Assembly (NCBI GenBank): GCA_963700145.1
Contig: OY969474.1
Span: 640,001-704,000 of the forward strand
DNA length: 64,000 bases
Source of the DNA: an uncultured Acidobacteriota bacterium
GTDB lineage: Bacteria; Acidobacteriota; Thermoanaerobaculia; Multivoradales; UBA5704
Direction: 5' to 3'
A model generated the notes under the pieces. That model did not search any database, was not told the DNA's origin, and was given only the letters and a program-made list of their open reading frames with translations. Of the stretch, positions 17,588 to 25,774 are shown piece by piece (position 1 is the first letter of the stretch; each line of letters starts with the position of its first letter). A program made the position numbers and the translations under genes.

Positions 17588-20158
17588 CTAGTTAGAAGCG
17601 GGCGGCGGCGGCTCGGCCGCCGGCGCCGGCTGGTCCGCGGGCGGCTCCTCGCCGCCGACCGGGGGCACCGCTTCGCCCTCCTCGACCGCCCCCGCCTCCG
17701 GTGCCGCGCCTTCGGTGGTGCCCGGTGGGGCCGCGCCCTCCGGGCCCTCCGGTGCGGGGCGCATCTCCTCCCCCTCCTTCGGGATGTAGAACGACTTCTG
17801 CTGATACCAGGGGAGGTTCAAGATCGAGTTCCACTCCGGGCCGTGCTGGCCGGAGGGCTCGGTGCCGGCGACGAAGGCTTCCCTCTGCCTGCGTTGGCTG
17901 CCGGCGCCGGGCAGGAGGCCGGTGTAGTACTCGACGTCGCGGGTGGTGACGCCGCCGGGAACGGAGAACTCCTCGCCCTTCGTCAGCCACCCCGTCCCGA
18001 GCCCGTCCTCGACGATGCCGCGCCACATCGGCAGCGCCGCCACCGTCCCGCTCATGCCGCCGCCGAGCGACTTCTTCACGTCATAGCCGACCCAGGTGAG
18101 GATCGTGTAGCGCGGCGTGAAGCCGACGAACCAGGCGTCGGAGAAGTCGTCGGTTGTGCCGGTCTTGCCGGCGATGTCGATCGGCAGGTCCTTGACCGGC
18201 GTCGCGGTGCCCTGGTCGACGACCCCTTCCATCATGTGGGTGAGGACGTAGGCCACCGCCGGGTCGGTCGCCGTGCGGGTGTTGGGGACGTGCTGCTCGA
18301 GGACCTGCCCCTCGGGGCTGGCGATGCGCTGAATCAGATAGGGCTCGATCCAGGTCCCCTGGTTGGCGATCGCGGCGTAGGCGGCGGCGAAGCTCAAGGG
18401 CGTCAGGTCGGCGGTGCCGAGGGCGAGGCTGGGGTAGGGAGGCAACGTCTGGTCGACGCCGCAGCGGCGGGCGAAGTCGATGACCCGGCGCACCCCGACG
18501 AGGTCGAGGAGCTTGACCGACGAGACGTTGAGCGACAGCTCCAGCGCCCGCCGCAGGGTGACGATGCCGTAGTACTTCCGGTAGTAGTTCTGCGGCCGGT
18601 AGGAAAGCCGCCCGTCGGCGCCGATGAAGACGGTGGGGGCGTCGAGGATCGTGTCGGACGGCGTCCAGCCGTTCTCCAGCGCGGCGCCGTAGACGAAGAC
18701 CTTGAAGGCCGACCCCGTCTGGCGCTTCGCCTGGGAGACGCGGTTGAACTTGTTGCGCTCGAAGTCCCAGCCGCCGACCATGCCGCGGACGGCGCCGCTG
18801 GCGTGCTCGATGACCACCGCCGCCGCCTCCATCCGCGGCTCCTGCTCGAGATAGAGGCGCGGCTCGGCGCCTTCCTTCGGCTTCCCCTTCTCCTTCGGCA
18901 CGTCGAGCCGGAACCAGGCCACGTCGCCCGGGTCGAGCAGCGAGTCCGGCCGGGTGCGGCCGGTCCAGCGGAAGCCGGCCGGCTCGAGGGTGTAGGTCCC
19001 CTTGTCGATCCGCACCGTCGCGGTCTTCGCCCCGGACTCCAGCACGATCCCCTGGTGCCAGCGGCCGACGGCCGGCTCGGCGCCGCTCCAGGAGGGGAGC
19101 GTCTGCTGCGCCGGGTCGCCCTCCAGCTCGGCGATCGGGCCGCGCCAGCCGCGGCGGTGGTCGAGCCGCGCCAGCCCTTCGCGCACCGCCTTCTCGGCCG
19201 AGCGCTGGATCGCCGGGTCGAGCGTCGTCTGCACCTGGAGGCCGTCCTCGTAGAGCGCATCGGCGCCGTAGGTGGCCTCCAGGTGCTTGCGCACGTCTTC
19301 GGCGAAGTACGGCGCGAAGGCCTGCTGCGGCTGCTGGCGCGAGACGAGGAGCGGCCGCGCCGCGGCGCGGTCGTAGGCGGGGCGGTCGATCATCCCCTCC
19401 TCGAGCATCCGCCGCAGCACGCGCTGGCGCTGGCTCAACACCACCTCCGGCCGGCGGTACGGGCTGTAGCGGCTGGGCGCCGGCAGGATGCCGACCAGCG
19501 TCGCCGCCTCGGCCAGCGTCAGCTTCGCCGCGGGCTTGCCGAAGTAGTAGCGCGAGGCGGCCTCGACGCCGTAGTTGCCGTGGCCGAAGTTCATCAGGTT
19601 CAAGTACATCGTCAGGATCTGCTGCTTGCTGAAGGTTTTCTCCAGCTCGACGGCCAGGAAGGCCTCCTCGATCTTCCGCCGCCAGACCTGCTCGCGCGAC
19701 AGGAAGAGGCTGCGCGCGAGCTGCATGGTGATCGTCGAGGCCCCCTCGACGACCTCGCCGGCGCGCAGGTCGGCCAAGGCGGCACGGCCGATGCCGAAGG
19801 CGTCGACGCCGCCGTGGCGGAAGAAGTTGCTGTCCTCCGAGGCCAGCACCGCGTTCTCGAGCACCTTGGGGATCTGCCCCTCCTCCAGCATCACCCGCCG
19901 CTCGCGCGCGAAGGTGGTGAAGACCTTCCCGTTGCGGTCGAGGAGCTGGGTGACGAGGCCGGGCGTGAAGTCGACGACCGAGTCGACGCGCGGCACGTGG
20001 ATCGCCGCGGCGAAGATGACGCCGCTGGCGGCGCCGAGGAGGAGCGCGCCGAGGAGCGGCCAAGCCCAGCGCAGGGCGCGGCCCGGCGGCAGCGTACGGC
20101 GGCGGCGCGGCGGGGCGGGGGGCGGACCGTGGGTGCGGCGCGGCGGGTCGTAGTCCAC
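17588..20158 (-). CDS. mrcA: Class A penicillin-binding protein 1A
   Basis: EDSNFFRHGGVD, GASTITMQL, RKIEE, QTGSAFK (SxxK), SLNV (SxN), KTGT; GTG start at 20158. Confidence 0.93.
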   Translation of the reverse strand: MDYDPPRRTHGPPPAPPRRRRTLPPGRALRWAWPLLGALLLGAASGVIFAAAIHVPRVDSVVDFTPGLVTQLLDRNGKVFTTFARERRVMLEEGQIPKVLENAVLASEDSNFFRHGGVDAFGIGRAALADLRAGEVVEGASTITMQLARSLFLSREQVWRRKIEEAFLAVELEKTFSKQQILTMYLNLMNFGHGNYGVEAASRYYFGKPAAKLTLAEAATLVGILPAPSRYSPYRRPEVVLSQRQRVLRRMLEEGMIDRPAYDRAAARPLLVSRQQPQQAFAPYFAEDVRKHLEATYGADALYEDGLQVQTTLDPAIQRSAEKAVREGLARLDHRRGWRGPIAELEGDPAQQTLPSWSGAEPAVGRWHQGIVLESGAKTATVRIDKGTYTLEPAGFRWTGRTRPDSLLDPGDVAWFRLDVPKEKGKPKEGAEPRLYLEQEPRMEAAAVVIEHASGAVRGMVGGWDFERNKFNRVSQAKRQTGSAFKVFVYGAALENGWTPSDTILDAPTVFIGADGRLSYRPQNYYRKYYGIVTLRRALELSLNVSSVKLLDLVGVRRVIDFARRCGVDQTLPPYPSLALGTADLTPLSFAAAYAAIANQGTWIEPYLIQRIASPEGQVLEQHVPNTRTATDPAVAYVLTHMMEGVVDQGTATPVKDLPIDIAGKTGTTDDFSDAWFVGFTPRYTILTWVGYDVKKSLGGGMSGTVAALPMWRGIVEDGLGTGWLTKGEEFSVPGGVTTRDVEYYTGLLPGAGSQRRQREAFVAGTEPSGQHGPEWNSILNLPWYQQKSFYIPKEGEEMRPAPEGPEGAAPPGTTEGAAPEAGAVEEGEAVPPVGGEEPPADQPAPAAEPPPPASN

Positions 20159-20195
20159 GCGTGGATTATAGGGAGTCGTGGTACAAAGAGCGGCG

Positions 20196-20660
20196 ATGAG
20201 CGAGCCGGACGGCCCCGCCCCCGACGACGCCTCGCAGCTCCCGCCCGCACCCTTCGAGCCCGGCGCGCCGCGCAACCCGGTGGGCTCGGGCTGCGCCAAG
20301 GTGGCGCTCGTCGGCTGCCTGGGGCTCCTGATCGTCCTCGGGATCGGCCTCATCGTCATGGTCACCCAGGGGCCGAAGCTCTTCGGCTGGCTCCTGGGGT
20401 ACACCGAGACGCAGATCGAGGCGCGCTACGCCCCCGACGTCACCGACGCCGACCGCGCCCGTCTGCGCGCCGCCTTCACCGCCGCGAGCGAGGCGGTGGA
20501 GGAGGGGCGCATGGACCCGGTGGCGATGCAGACCCTGCAGCGCCGGCTGATGGACACGGTCGGGAGCCAGGGGCCGATCTCGCGCGAGCAGGCGCTCGCC
20601 CTGGCGGAGGCGCTGGAAGCCGTGGGCGCCAGCAAACCGCCGGCGGGGCCGCCCGGATGA
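20196..20660 (+). CDS. Hypothetical single-pass membrane protein
   Basis: GCAKVALVGCLGLLIVLGIG TM segment; stop overlaps the next ATG. Confidence 0.65.
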   Translation: MSEPDGPAPDDASQLPPAPFEPGAPRNPVGSGCAKVALVGCLGLLIVLGIGLIVMVTQGPKLFGWLLGYTETQIEARYAPDVTDADRARLRAAFTAASEAVEEGRMDPVAMQTLQRRLMDTVGSQGPISREQALALAEALEAVGASKPPAGPPG

Positions 20661-21586
20661 GCGCCGAGACCACGCTCAAGCGCCTCGTCGTCGGCAGCTC
20701 GCTGGAGGAGGGGAGCGACGAGGTCGTCCGCACCGCCCTCGCCCTGGCCCGTGCCGCTGGCGCCGAGGCGGACCTGGTCCACGCCCTGGAGCCGCTGCCG
20801 CACTTCTACGGCGAGGAGCCGGTCGACCCCGCCGACCTGCGCGAGGGGGCGCTGGCGCGCCACCGCGAGGCCCTCGGCCGCCAGGCCGAAGAGGACGGCG
20901 CGGCTGCGGTCCGGGTGCGCTGCGAGGTGCTGGAGGGACCGCCGGCGCGGATGCTCGTCCAGGCGGCGCGCGACGGCGACGCCGACCTGATCGTGGTCGG
21001 CGCCAAGGTCCCCGGCAAGGCTTTCCGCGAGCGCCTCGGCTCGACCGCCGACCGGGTGGTGCGCACCGCCCCTTGCCCGGTCCTGGTCGTGCGCCCCGCC
21101 CTGCGCGTGCCGCCGGCAAAGGTCGTGGCGGCGGTCGACCTCTCGCCGCTCTCGACCGAAGCCTTCCGCCGCGGCCTGGCGCTGCTGGCGCAGGTCGCCG
21201 GCGACGCGCCGGTGCGGGTGGACGTCCTCCACGTCCACACGTTCATGAAGTTCGTGGCCGAGCGCCAGGCGGACCCCAAGCTCACCGAGGAGGAGGCCGA
21301 GCGGCGCTCGGCGGCGGAGCTCGGGGCGTTCGTCGAGCGCGAGCAGGCGCAGACGCCGCTCAAGCTGCGCGCCGTCTCCCGCTCCGGCGACCCGCGCATC
21401 GAGATCCTGCGCGCCCTCGGCCGCGGCGTGGACCTCGCCGTCCTCGGCACCCACGGCCGCAGCGGCTTCGACCGCTTCCTGGTCGGCAGCGTCGCCGCCA
21501 CCGTCGTCCGCCAGGCGCGCTGCAGCGTCCTCGTCGTCCCCCCGGCCGCGGCGCGGCAGGTGGTCCGGCACCACGACGCCGGCTAG
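20657..21586 (+). CDS. Universal stress protein (tandem Usp domains)
   Basis: LGSTADRVVRTAPCPVLVV; LGTHGRSGFDRFLVGSVAATVVRQARCSVLVVP. Confidence 0.92.
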   Translation: MSAETTLKRLVVGSSLEEGSDEVVRTALALARAAGAEADLVHALEPLPHFYGEEPVDPADLREGALARHREALGRQAEEDGAAAVRVRCEVLEGPPARMLVQAARDGDADLIVVGAKVPGKAFRERLGSTADRVVRTAPCPVLVVRPALRVPPAKVVAAVDLSPLSTEAFRRGLALLAQVAGDAPVRVDVLHVHTFMKFVAERQADPKLTEEEAERRSAAELGAFVEREQAQTPLKLRAVSRSGDPRIEILRALGRGVDLAVLGTHGRSGFDRFLVGSVAATVVRQARCSVLVVPPAAARQVVRHHDAG

Positions 21587-22308
21587 CAGTCGAAGGCGCT
21601 GGTGTCGGCGAAGAGCTCCGGCACCACGTGGAGCGGCTTCGAGTAGGTCTTCACCGCCCCGGTGCGGACGTCGCGCACGGTGATCTCGTAGCGCACCGTC
21701 GAGGCCGGGGAGAGGAAGACCCAGTAGTGGCCGTTCACGGCGCAGGCGTCGAGGACCTTGACCAGCATCTCGGGGTTGTCCTGCCCGAAGAACCAGAAGG
21801 TCCCCCAGTCGCCCAGCCCGTCGAAGTCGTCCGGCATCGTGTGCGCGACGCCGTCGTTGCCGTCGAAGTCGGTCCACTCGGCGGTTACCTCGAAGCGGCC
21901 GTCGCCGAGGCAGAGGGCGCTGATCGTGGCGTCGCAGGCCGGGGCCGGCTTGACTTCGATGAACTGATGATCGAGGAGCACGAACCCACCCCCAACCGGC
22001 TGGAGCACGAATATCTCGTAGACGCGGGCGGCCAGCGGTCCGACGGCGACGCTGGCGGTGTAGTCCGAGATGCCGATCGGGATGGTCTGATCGCAGCCGG
22101 GAGGGGTCGCCGCGAGGGTGATCCCGTTGAAGGAGATGTGCTCGACCTCGAGCGTCCCATCGTTCTCGCAGGCGCCCGCCATGATGCCGTGGAAGGTGAT
22201 CGTGAACGGCTGCCCGGCCACCGGCGGCGCCGGGGAGAAGGTGATTTCGGTCGCCGCCGCGGCCGTCGACGCCGCGAGCAGGAGGACAAGGGCGATCGGG
22301 GTCTTCAT
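21583..22308 (-). CDS. Secreted protein: Ig-like N-domain plus conserved Cys-bracketed C-terminal domain (paralogue 1)
   Basis: Signal peptide MKTPIALVLLLAASTAAA; CL.DGRFEV...WFFGQDNPEMLVKVLDACAVNGHYWVF...DTSAFDC. Confidence 0.8.
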   Translation of the reverse strand: MKTPIALVLLLAASTAAAATEITFSPAPPVAGQPFTITFHGIMAGACENDGTLEVEHISFNGITLAATPPGCDQTIPIGISDYTASVAVGPLAARVYEIFVLQPVGGGFVLLDHQFIEVKPAPACDATISALCLGDGRFEVTAEWTDFDGNDGVAHTMPDDFDGLGDWGTFWFFGQDNPEMLVKVLDACAVNGHYWVFLSPASTVRYEITVRDVRTGAVKTYSKPLHVVPELFADTSAFDC

Positions 22309-22342
22309 AAATGCCACCCTAGCATTTCTTGGGGCGACCGCT

Positions 22343-23071
22343 TCAGGAGCAGTCGAAGGCGCTGGTGTCGGCGAAGAGCTCCGGCACCACGTGGAGCGGC
22401 TTCGAGTAGGTCTTCACCGCCCCGGTGCGGATGTCGCGCACGGTGATCTCGTAGCGCACCGTCGAGGCGGGGGAGAGGAAGACCCAGTAGTGGCCGTTCA
22501 CCGCGCAGCCGTCGAGGACCTTGACCAGCATCTCCGGGTTGTCCTGCCCGAAGAACCAGAGAGTCCCCCAGTCGCCCAGGCCGTCGAAGTCGTCGGGCAT
22601 GGTGTGCGCGACGCCGTCGTTGCTGTCGAAGTCGGTCCACTCGGCGGTCACCTCGAACCGGCCGTCGAGGCAGAGGGCGGTGTCGGTGGCGTCGCAGGCC
22701 GGGGACGGCTTGACCTCGAAGAGCTGGAAGTCGAGCAGCACGGACGTGCCTTCCGCGCGCACCTGCACGGCGTAGGTGCCGGCGGCGAGCGGCCCCACGT
22801 TGACGCTGGCGGTGTACTCCACCGGACCGATGGGGATGACGGGGCAGCCGGGATCGGTCACCACGAGGCTGATCGTGTCGAAGGCGATGCTCTGGACCGC
22901 CAGCGTGCCGACGTCCTCGCAGGCGATCGCGACGCCGTGGAAGGTGATGGTGAACGTCTGCCCGGCCACCGGCGGGGAAGGGGAGAAGGTGATTTCGGTC
23001 GCCGCGGCGCCCGTGGACACCGCGAGAAGGAGGGACACGAGGGTGAAGGAACGGACGATCGAAGTCTTCAT
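22343..23071 (-). CDS. Secreted protein, tandem paralogue 2
   Basis: MKTSIVRSFTLVSLLLAVSTGAAA; C-terminal ~105 aa nearly identical to paralogue 1. Confidence 0.8.
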   Translation of the reverse strand: MKTSIVRSFTLVSLLLAVSTGAAATEITFSPSPPVAGQTFTITFHGVAIACEDVGTLAVQSIAFDTISLVVTDPGCPVIPIGPVEYTASVNVGPLAAGTYAVQVRAEGTSVLLDFQLFEVKPSPACDATDTALCLDGRFEVTAEWTDFDSNDGVAHTMPDDFDGLGDWGTLWFFGQDNPEMLVKVLDGCAVNGHYWVFLSPASTVRYEITVRDIRTGAVKTYSKPLHVVPELFADTSAFDCS

Positions 23072-23142
23072 ATATGCCACGATAGCATTTCCGGGAGCCG
23101 CCGGCCAAGCTCCGCGCCACGCGGGTAAGCCTCCCATCGCTC

Positions 23143-23550
23143 TGGAAAGCCTCCCCGACGGCGAGGGGCAGCTCCCGGGCGCTGCGGAAAGCCTCCCACA
23201 GAGCCGGGGCGAGCTCTCGGTCGCTCCGGGAAGCCTCCCGGATGGCCGGGTCGAGCTCCCTGCCGCTCCGGGAGTCCGCACTCAGACGCCGGGCGAAGGT
23301 CCACGCGCCTCGTCCGGGCTCCCGAGCGTTCGGTCCAAGCACCCCGGGCCCGCGGGCGAGCTCCCAACCGCCTCGAACACCCGCACTCGCGCCTCGTCCA
23401 AGCGCACCCGGTCACGGGGAAGACTCCCCGCGCGACGGGGAACGTTCCCCGCGTCGTGGGACACACTCCCCCGGCGATGGGGAGCACTCCCCGTGCGGCG
23501 GGAAACGCTCCCCGAGCCGCGGGGAGCATTCCTCAGGTCGTGGGATGCAT
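23143..23550. repeat. Array B, left part: 21-bp units GGGGA-N4-TCCCC-N7 (degenerate toward the left)
   Basis: Clear units at 23416, 23437, 23458, 23479, 23500, 23521, 23542; in-phase degenerate units at 23143-23248 and 23353. Confidence 0.85.
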
Positions 23551-23624
23551 CCCTCTCTGCCAACATCCGGTGAGACAGGAGAGCGTGCTCGAAATAGGGT
23601 AGAGGGCGGAGAGAGGCGAAGGCG

Positions 23625-24158
23625 ATGAAGCGAGGGTTGGAGAGGCAGGATGGATGGGGGGTCCAGGGGACGGAGGCAGGGGTCGGCGGGGAGGGTGGGG
23701 AGGCCGGGGGCGGGGGAGGAGCGGCCTCCCCACCCTCCCCGCCGACGCGGATCCGTTCTGGGCCCGGGAGTCCGCTTCCAGATCCCGAGGTCGAGCCTAA
23801 GGCCCAGCGGCGCCAGTTTTCGGCCGCCTACAAGCTACGCATCCTCGAGCAGGCCGACCGTTGCCAGGGTCGCGGCGAGATCGGCGCTTTGCTGCGGCGC
23901 GAAGGACTGTACGCCTCCCACCTCGGCCGGTGGCGCGCCCTGCACCGGCAGGGTGGCGCCGTAGCCCTCGGCCGTCCGCGCGGGCGCAAGCCCGACCCCG
24001 ACACGGTCTTGCGCGAGCAGCTGCGCCGGCTCGAGCGCGACAATCGGCGCCTGCAGCGCGCGCTCCAGCAGGCCGAGACCATCCTCGAGGTGCAAAAAAA
24101 ACTCTCGGAGGTGCTGGGCATCCGCCTGACCGCACCCGAGGAGGAGACGAGCGCGTGA
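23625..24158 (+). CDS. IS3 transposase OrfA (HTH plus coiled coil)
   Basis: RRQFSAAYKLRILEQAD...GALLRREGLYASHL; CAAAAAAAAC at 24093-24102 is a -1 frameshift motif; start may be slightly downstream. Confidence 0.85.
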   Translation: MKRGLERQDGWGVQGTEAGVGGEGGEAGGGGGAASPPSPPTRIRSGPGSPLPDPEVEPKAQRRQFSAAYKLRILEQADRCQGRGEIGALLRREGLYASHLGRWRALHRQGGAVALGRPRGRKPDPDTVLREQLRRLERDNRRLQRALQQAETILEVQKKLSEVLGIRLTAPEEETSA

Positions 24159-25165
24159 GCGCTGTGCCCATGCTGGCCGAGCGCGTCGGGGTCCAGAGGG
24201 CCTGCGAGGCTCTGGGTGTGCCGCGCTCGTCGCTGTACCGTCACCGCAGCCAGGCCCGCGCCGGGCCCCGGCGGCTGCCGCCGGCCCGACCGACACCGGC
24301 GCGCGCCCTCAGCGCGAACGAGCGCCGGCAGACGCTGGAGATTCTCCATAGCCCGCGCTTCGTCGACGCCTCCCCGGCTCAGGTCCACGCCACCCTGCTC
24401 GACGAAGGCCACTACCTCTGCTCGGTGCGCACCATGTACCGCCTGCTGGCGCGCCAGGGGGAGGTGCGGGAGCGACGCCACCAGCTGCGCCACCCTCTCT
24501 ACCGCAAGCCCGAGCTCTTGGCCACCGGCCCCAACCAGGTCTGGTCCTGGGACATCACCAAGCTCCGCGGGCCGGCCAAGGGGATCCACTACAGCCTCTA
24601 CGTGGTGCTCGACATCTTCAGCCGCTACGTCGTCGGCTGGCTGCTGGCCGAACGCGAGAGCGAGCTGCTCGCCCAGCGTCTCCTCGCCGAGACCGTCGCC
24701 AAGTATCCCGTGGTCGCGGGCGAGCTGACGCTGCACGCCGACCGCGGCCCGAGCATGACGTCGAAGTCGGTGGCCCAGCTACTGGCCGACCTCGGAATCC
24801 TCAACAGCCACAGCCGCCCTCACACCAGCAACGACAATCCCTACTCCGAGGCCCAGCTCAAGACCCTGAAGTACCATCCGCTGTTTCCCGATCGCTTTGG
24901 CTCGCTCGAGCACGGCCGGCTCTTCTGCTGCGGCTTTTTCCCCTGGTACAACCACCAGCACCACCACTCCGGCCTGGCGCTGCTGACCCCCGCCGACGTC
25001 CATTTCGGCCGCGCCCCCGAGATCCTCGCCCGCCGCGCCGACGTCCTCCGTGCGGCCTACGCCGCCCACCCAGAACGCTTCCACCGCGTACCCCATCCCC
25101 GGCAGCTGCCCCAGGCCGTCTGGATCAACCCACCCCAGGAGGACACCCCGACGAAACTTCCCTAA
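24155..25165 (+). CDS. IS3 transposase OrfB (DDE integrase core)
   Basis: PNQVWSWDITKL, LDIFSRYVVGW, LHADRG, SNDNPYSEAQLKTLKY. Confidence 0.92.
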   Translation: MSAVPMLAERVGVQRACEALGVPRSSLYRHRSQARAGPRRLPPARPTPARALSANERRQTLEILHSPRFVDASPAQVHATLLDEGHYLCSVRTMYRLLARQGEVRERRHQLRHPLYRKPELLATGPNQVWSWDITKLRGPAKGIHYSLYVVLDIFSRYVVGWLLAERESELLAQRLLAETVAKYPVVAGELTLHADRGPSMTSKSVAQLLADLGILNSHSRPHTSNDNPYSEAQLKTLKYHPLFPDRFGSLEHGRLFCCGFFPWYNHQHHHSGLALLTPADVHFGRAPEILARRADVLRAAYAAHPERFHRVPHPRQLPQAVWINPPQEDTPTKLP

Positions 25166-25209
25166 TTTCTCTCTGAACTCTGTCTCAACGGGCTTGACAG
25201 GCTCCGCAT

Positions 25210-25340
25210 TCCCCACCTCGCGGGGAGCGGTCCCCGTCCGATGGGGAGCACACCCCGGCCGGCGGGGAACACTCCCCGGCTCAGGGGGAGTGGTCCCCAG
25301 GCGCCGGACCGGATTTCCCAGCTCGCGGGACGCTTTCCCG
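25210..25340. repeat. Array B, right part (continues after the IS)
   Basis: TCCCC at 25210, then units at 25222, 25243, 25264, 25285, 25306, 25327. Confidence 0.85.
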
Positions 25341-25345
25341 CCTCG

Positions 25346-25573
25346 TCAGACCGCCCGGGCGACCAGCCGCCCCGCCCGCACCTCGACCTCGTAGGCTTGC
25401 CCCAGGTCGAATCCGGCCGCCTGCAGCCACCGCCCGGACAGCCGCAGGTCCGGAAACCTCTCCCTCCTGCTCCAGCGGCCGCACACCGTCCCCGAGCGCC
25501 GCCCCGCGGCGCGCGCCTTCCGCGCGCTCTCTCTTTCGCTCCTCTCGCCCTTTCCGCTCCACGGCCGCGGCAA
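25346..25573 (-). CDS. symE: SymE-family type I toxin-like protein
   Basis: FPDLRLSGRWLQAAGFDLGQAYEVEVRAGRLV; start uncertain. Confidence 0.75.
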   Translation of the reverse strand: MPRPWSGKGERSERESARKARAAGRRSGTVCGRWSRRERFPDLRLSGRWLQAAGFDLGQAYEVEVRAGRLVARAV

Positions 25574-25667
25574 GAGCGCGCGCCGGCGCCCCCGAGGAGC
25601 TTCGGGAGATTCAATCCTGCTGGAGGGGATGGTGGATGGACGGGAGGCCCGACGGGCCCGAAGGCGT

Positions 25668-25744
25668 TGCTACACTTCGTCTCAAGGCTGCTCATGGAGA
25701 CCACTCCTCCGTGTGGCCCCAGCACCGCCTCCAAATGTGCTGGG
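25668..25744 (+). promoter_or_regulatory. Extended -10 promoter and leader hairpin upstream of the TIR-like gene
   Basis: TGcTACACT at 25668-25676; CCCAGCAC/GTGCTGGG stem at 25718-25744. Confidence 0.45.
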
Positions 25745-25774
25745 TAGCTGCGAGGAGTTCTTTGCTGAAAGGTA

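Larger units (their letters stand above)
23551..25206 (+). mobile_element. IS3-family insertion sequence (~1.66 kb) with imperfect IRs and CAT target duplication
   Basis: Left end CCCTCTCTGCCAACATCCGGTGAGACAG, right end (reverse complement) CGGAGCCTGTCAAGCCCGTTGAGACAG; CAT at 23548-23550 and 25207-25209; orfA/orfB with an A8 slippery site. Confidence 0.85.

Noticed and set aside
21583-23071. Diversity-generating retroelement template/variable repeat pair
   Set aside because: Both copies are full coding genes, the differences do not appear adenine-specific, and no reverse transcriptase is present
23571-25187. IS boundaries at the TGAGACAG/CTGTCTCA inverted motif
   Set aside because: These give no flanking duplication and do not restore the repeat phase; 23551-25206 does both
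25570-25590. Sigma-54 promoter upstream of symE
   Set aside because: GG-to-GC spacing is 11 nt rather than the required 10
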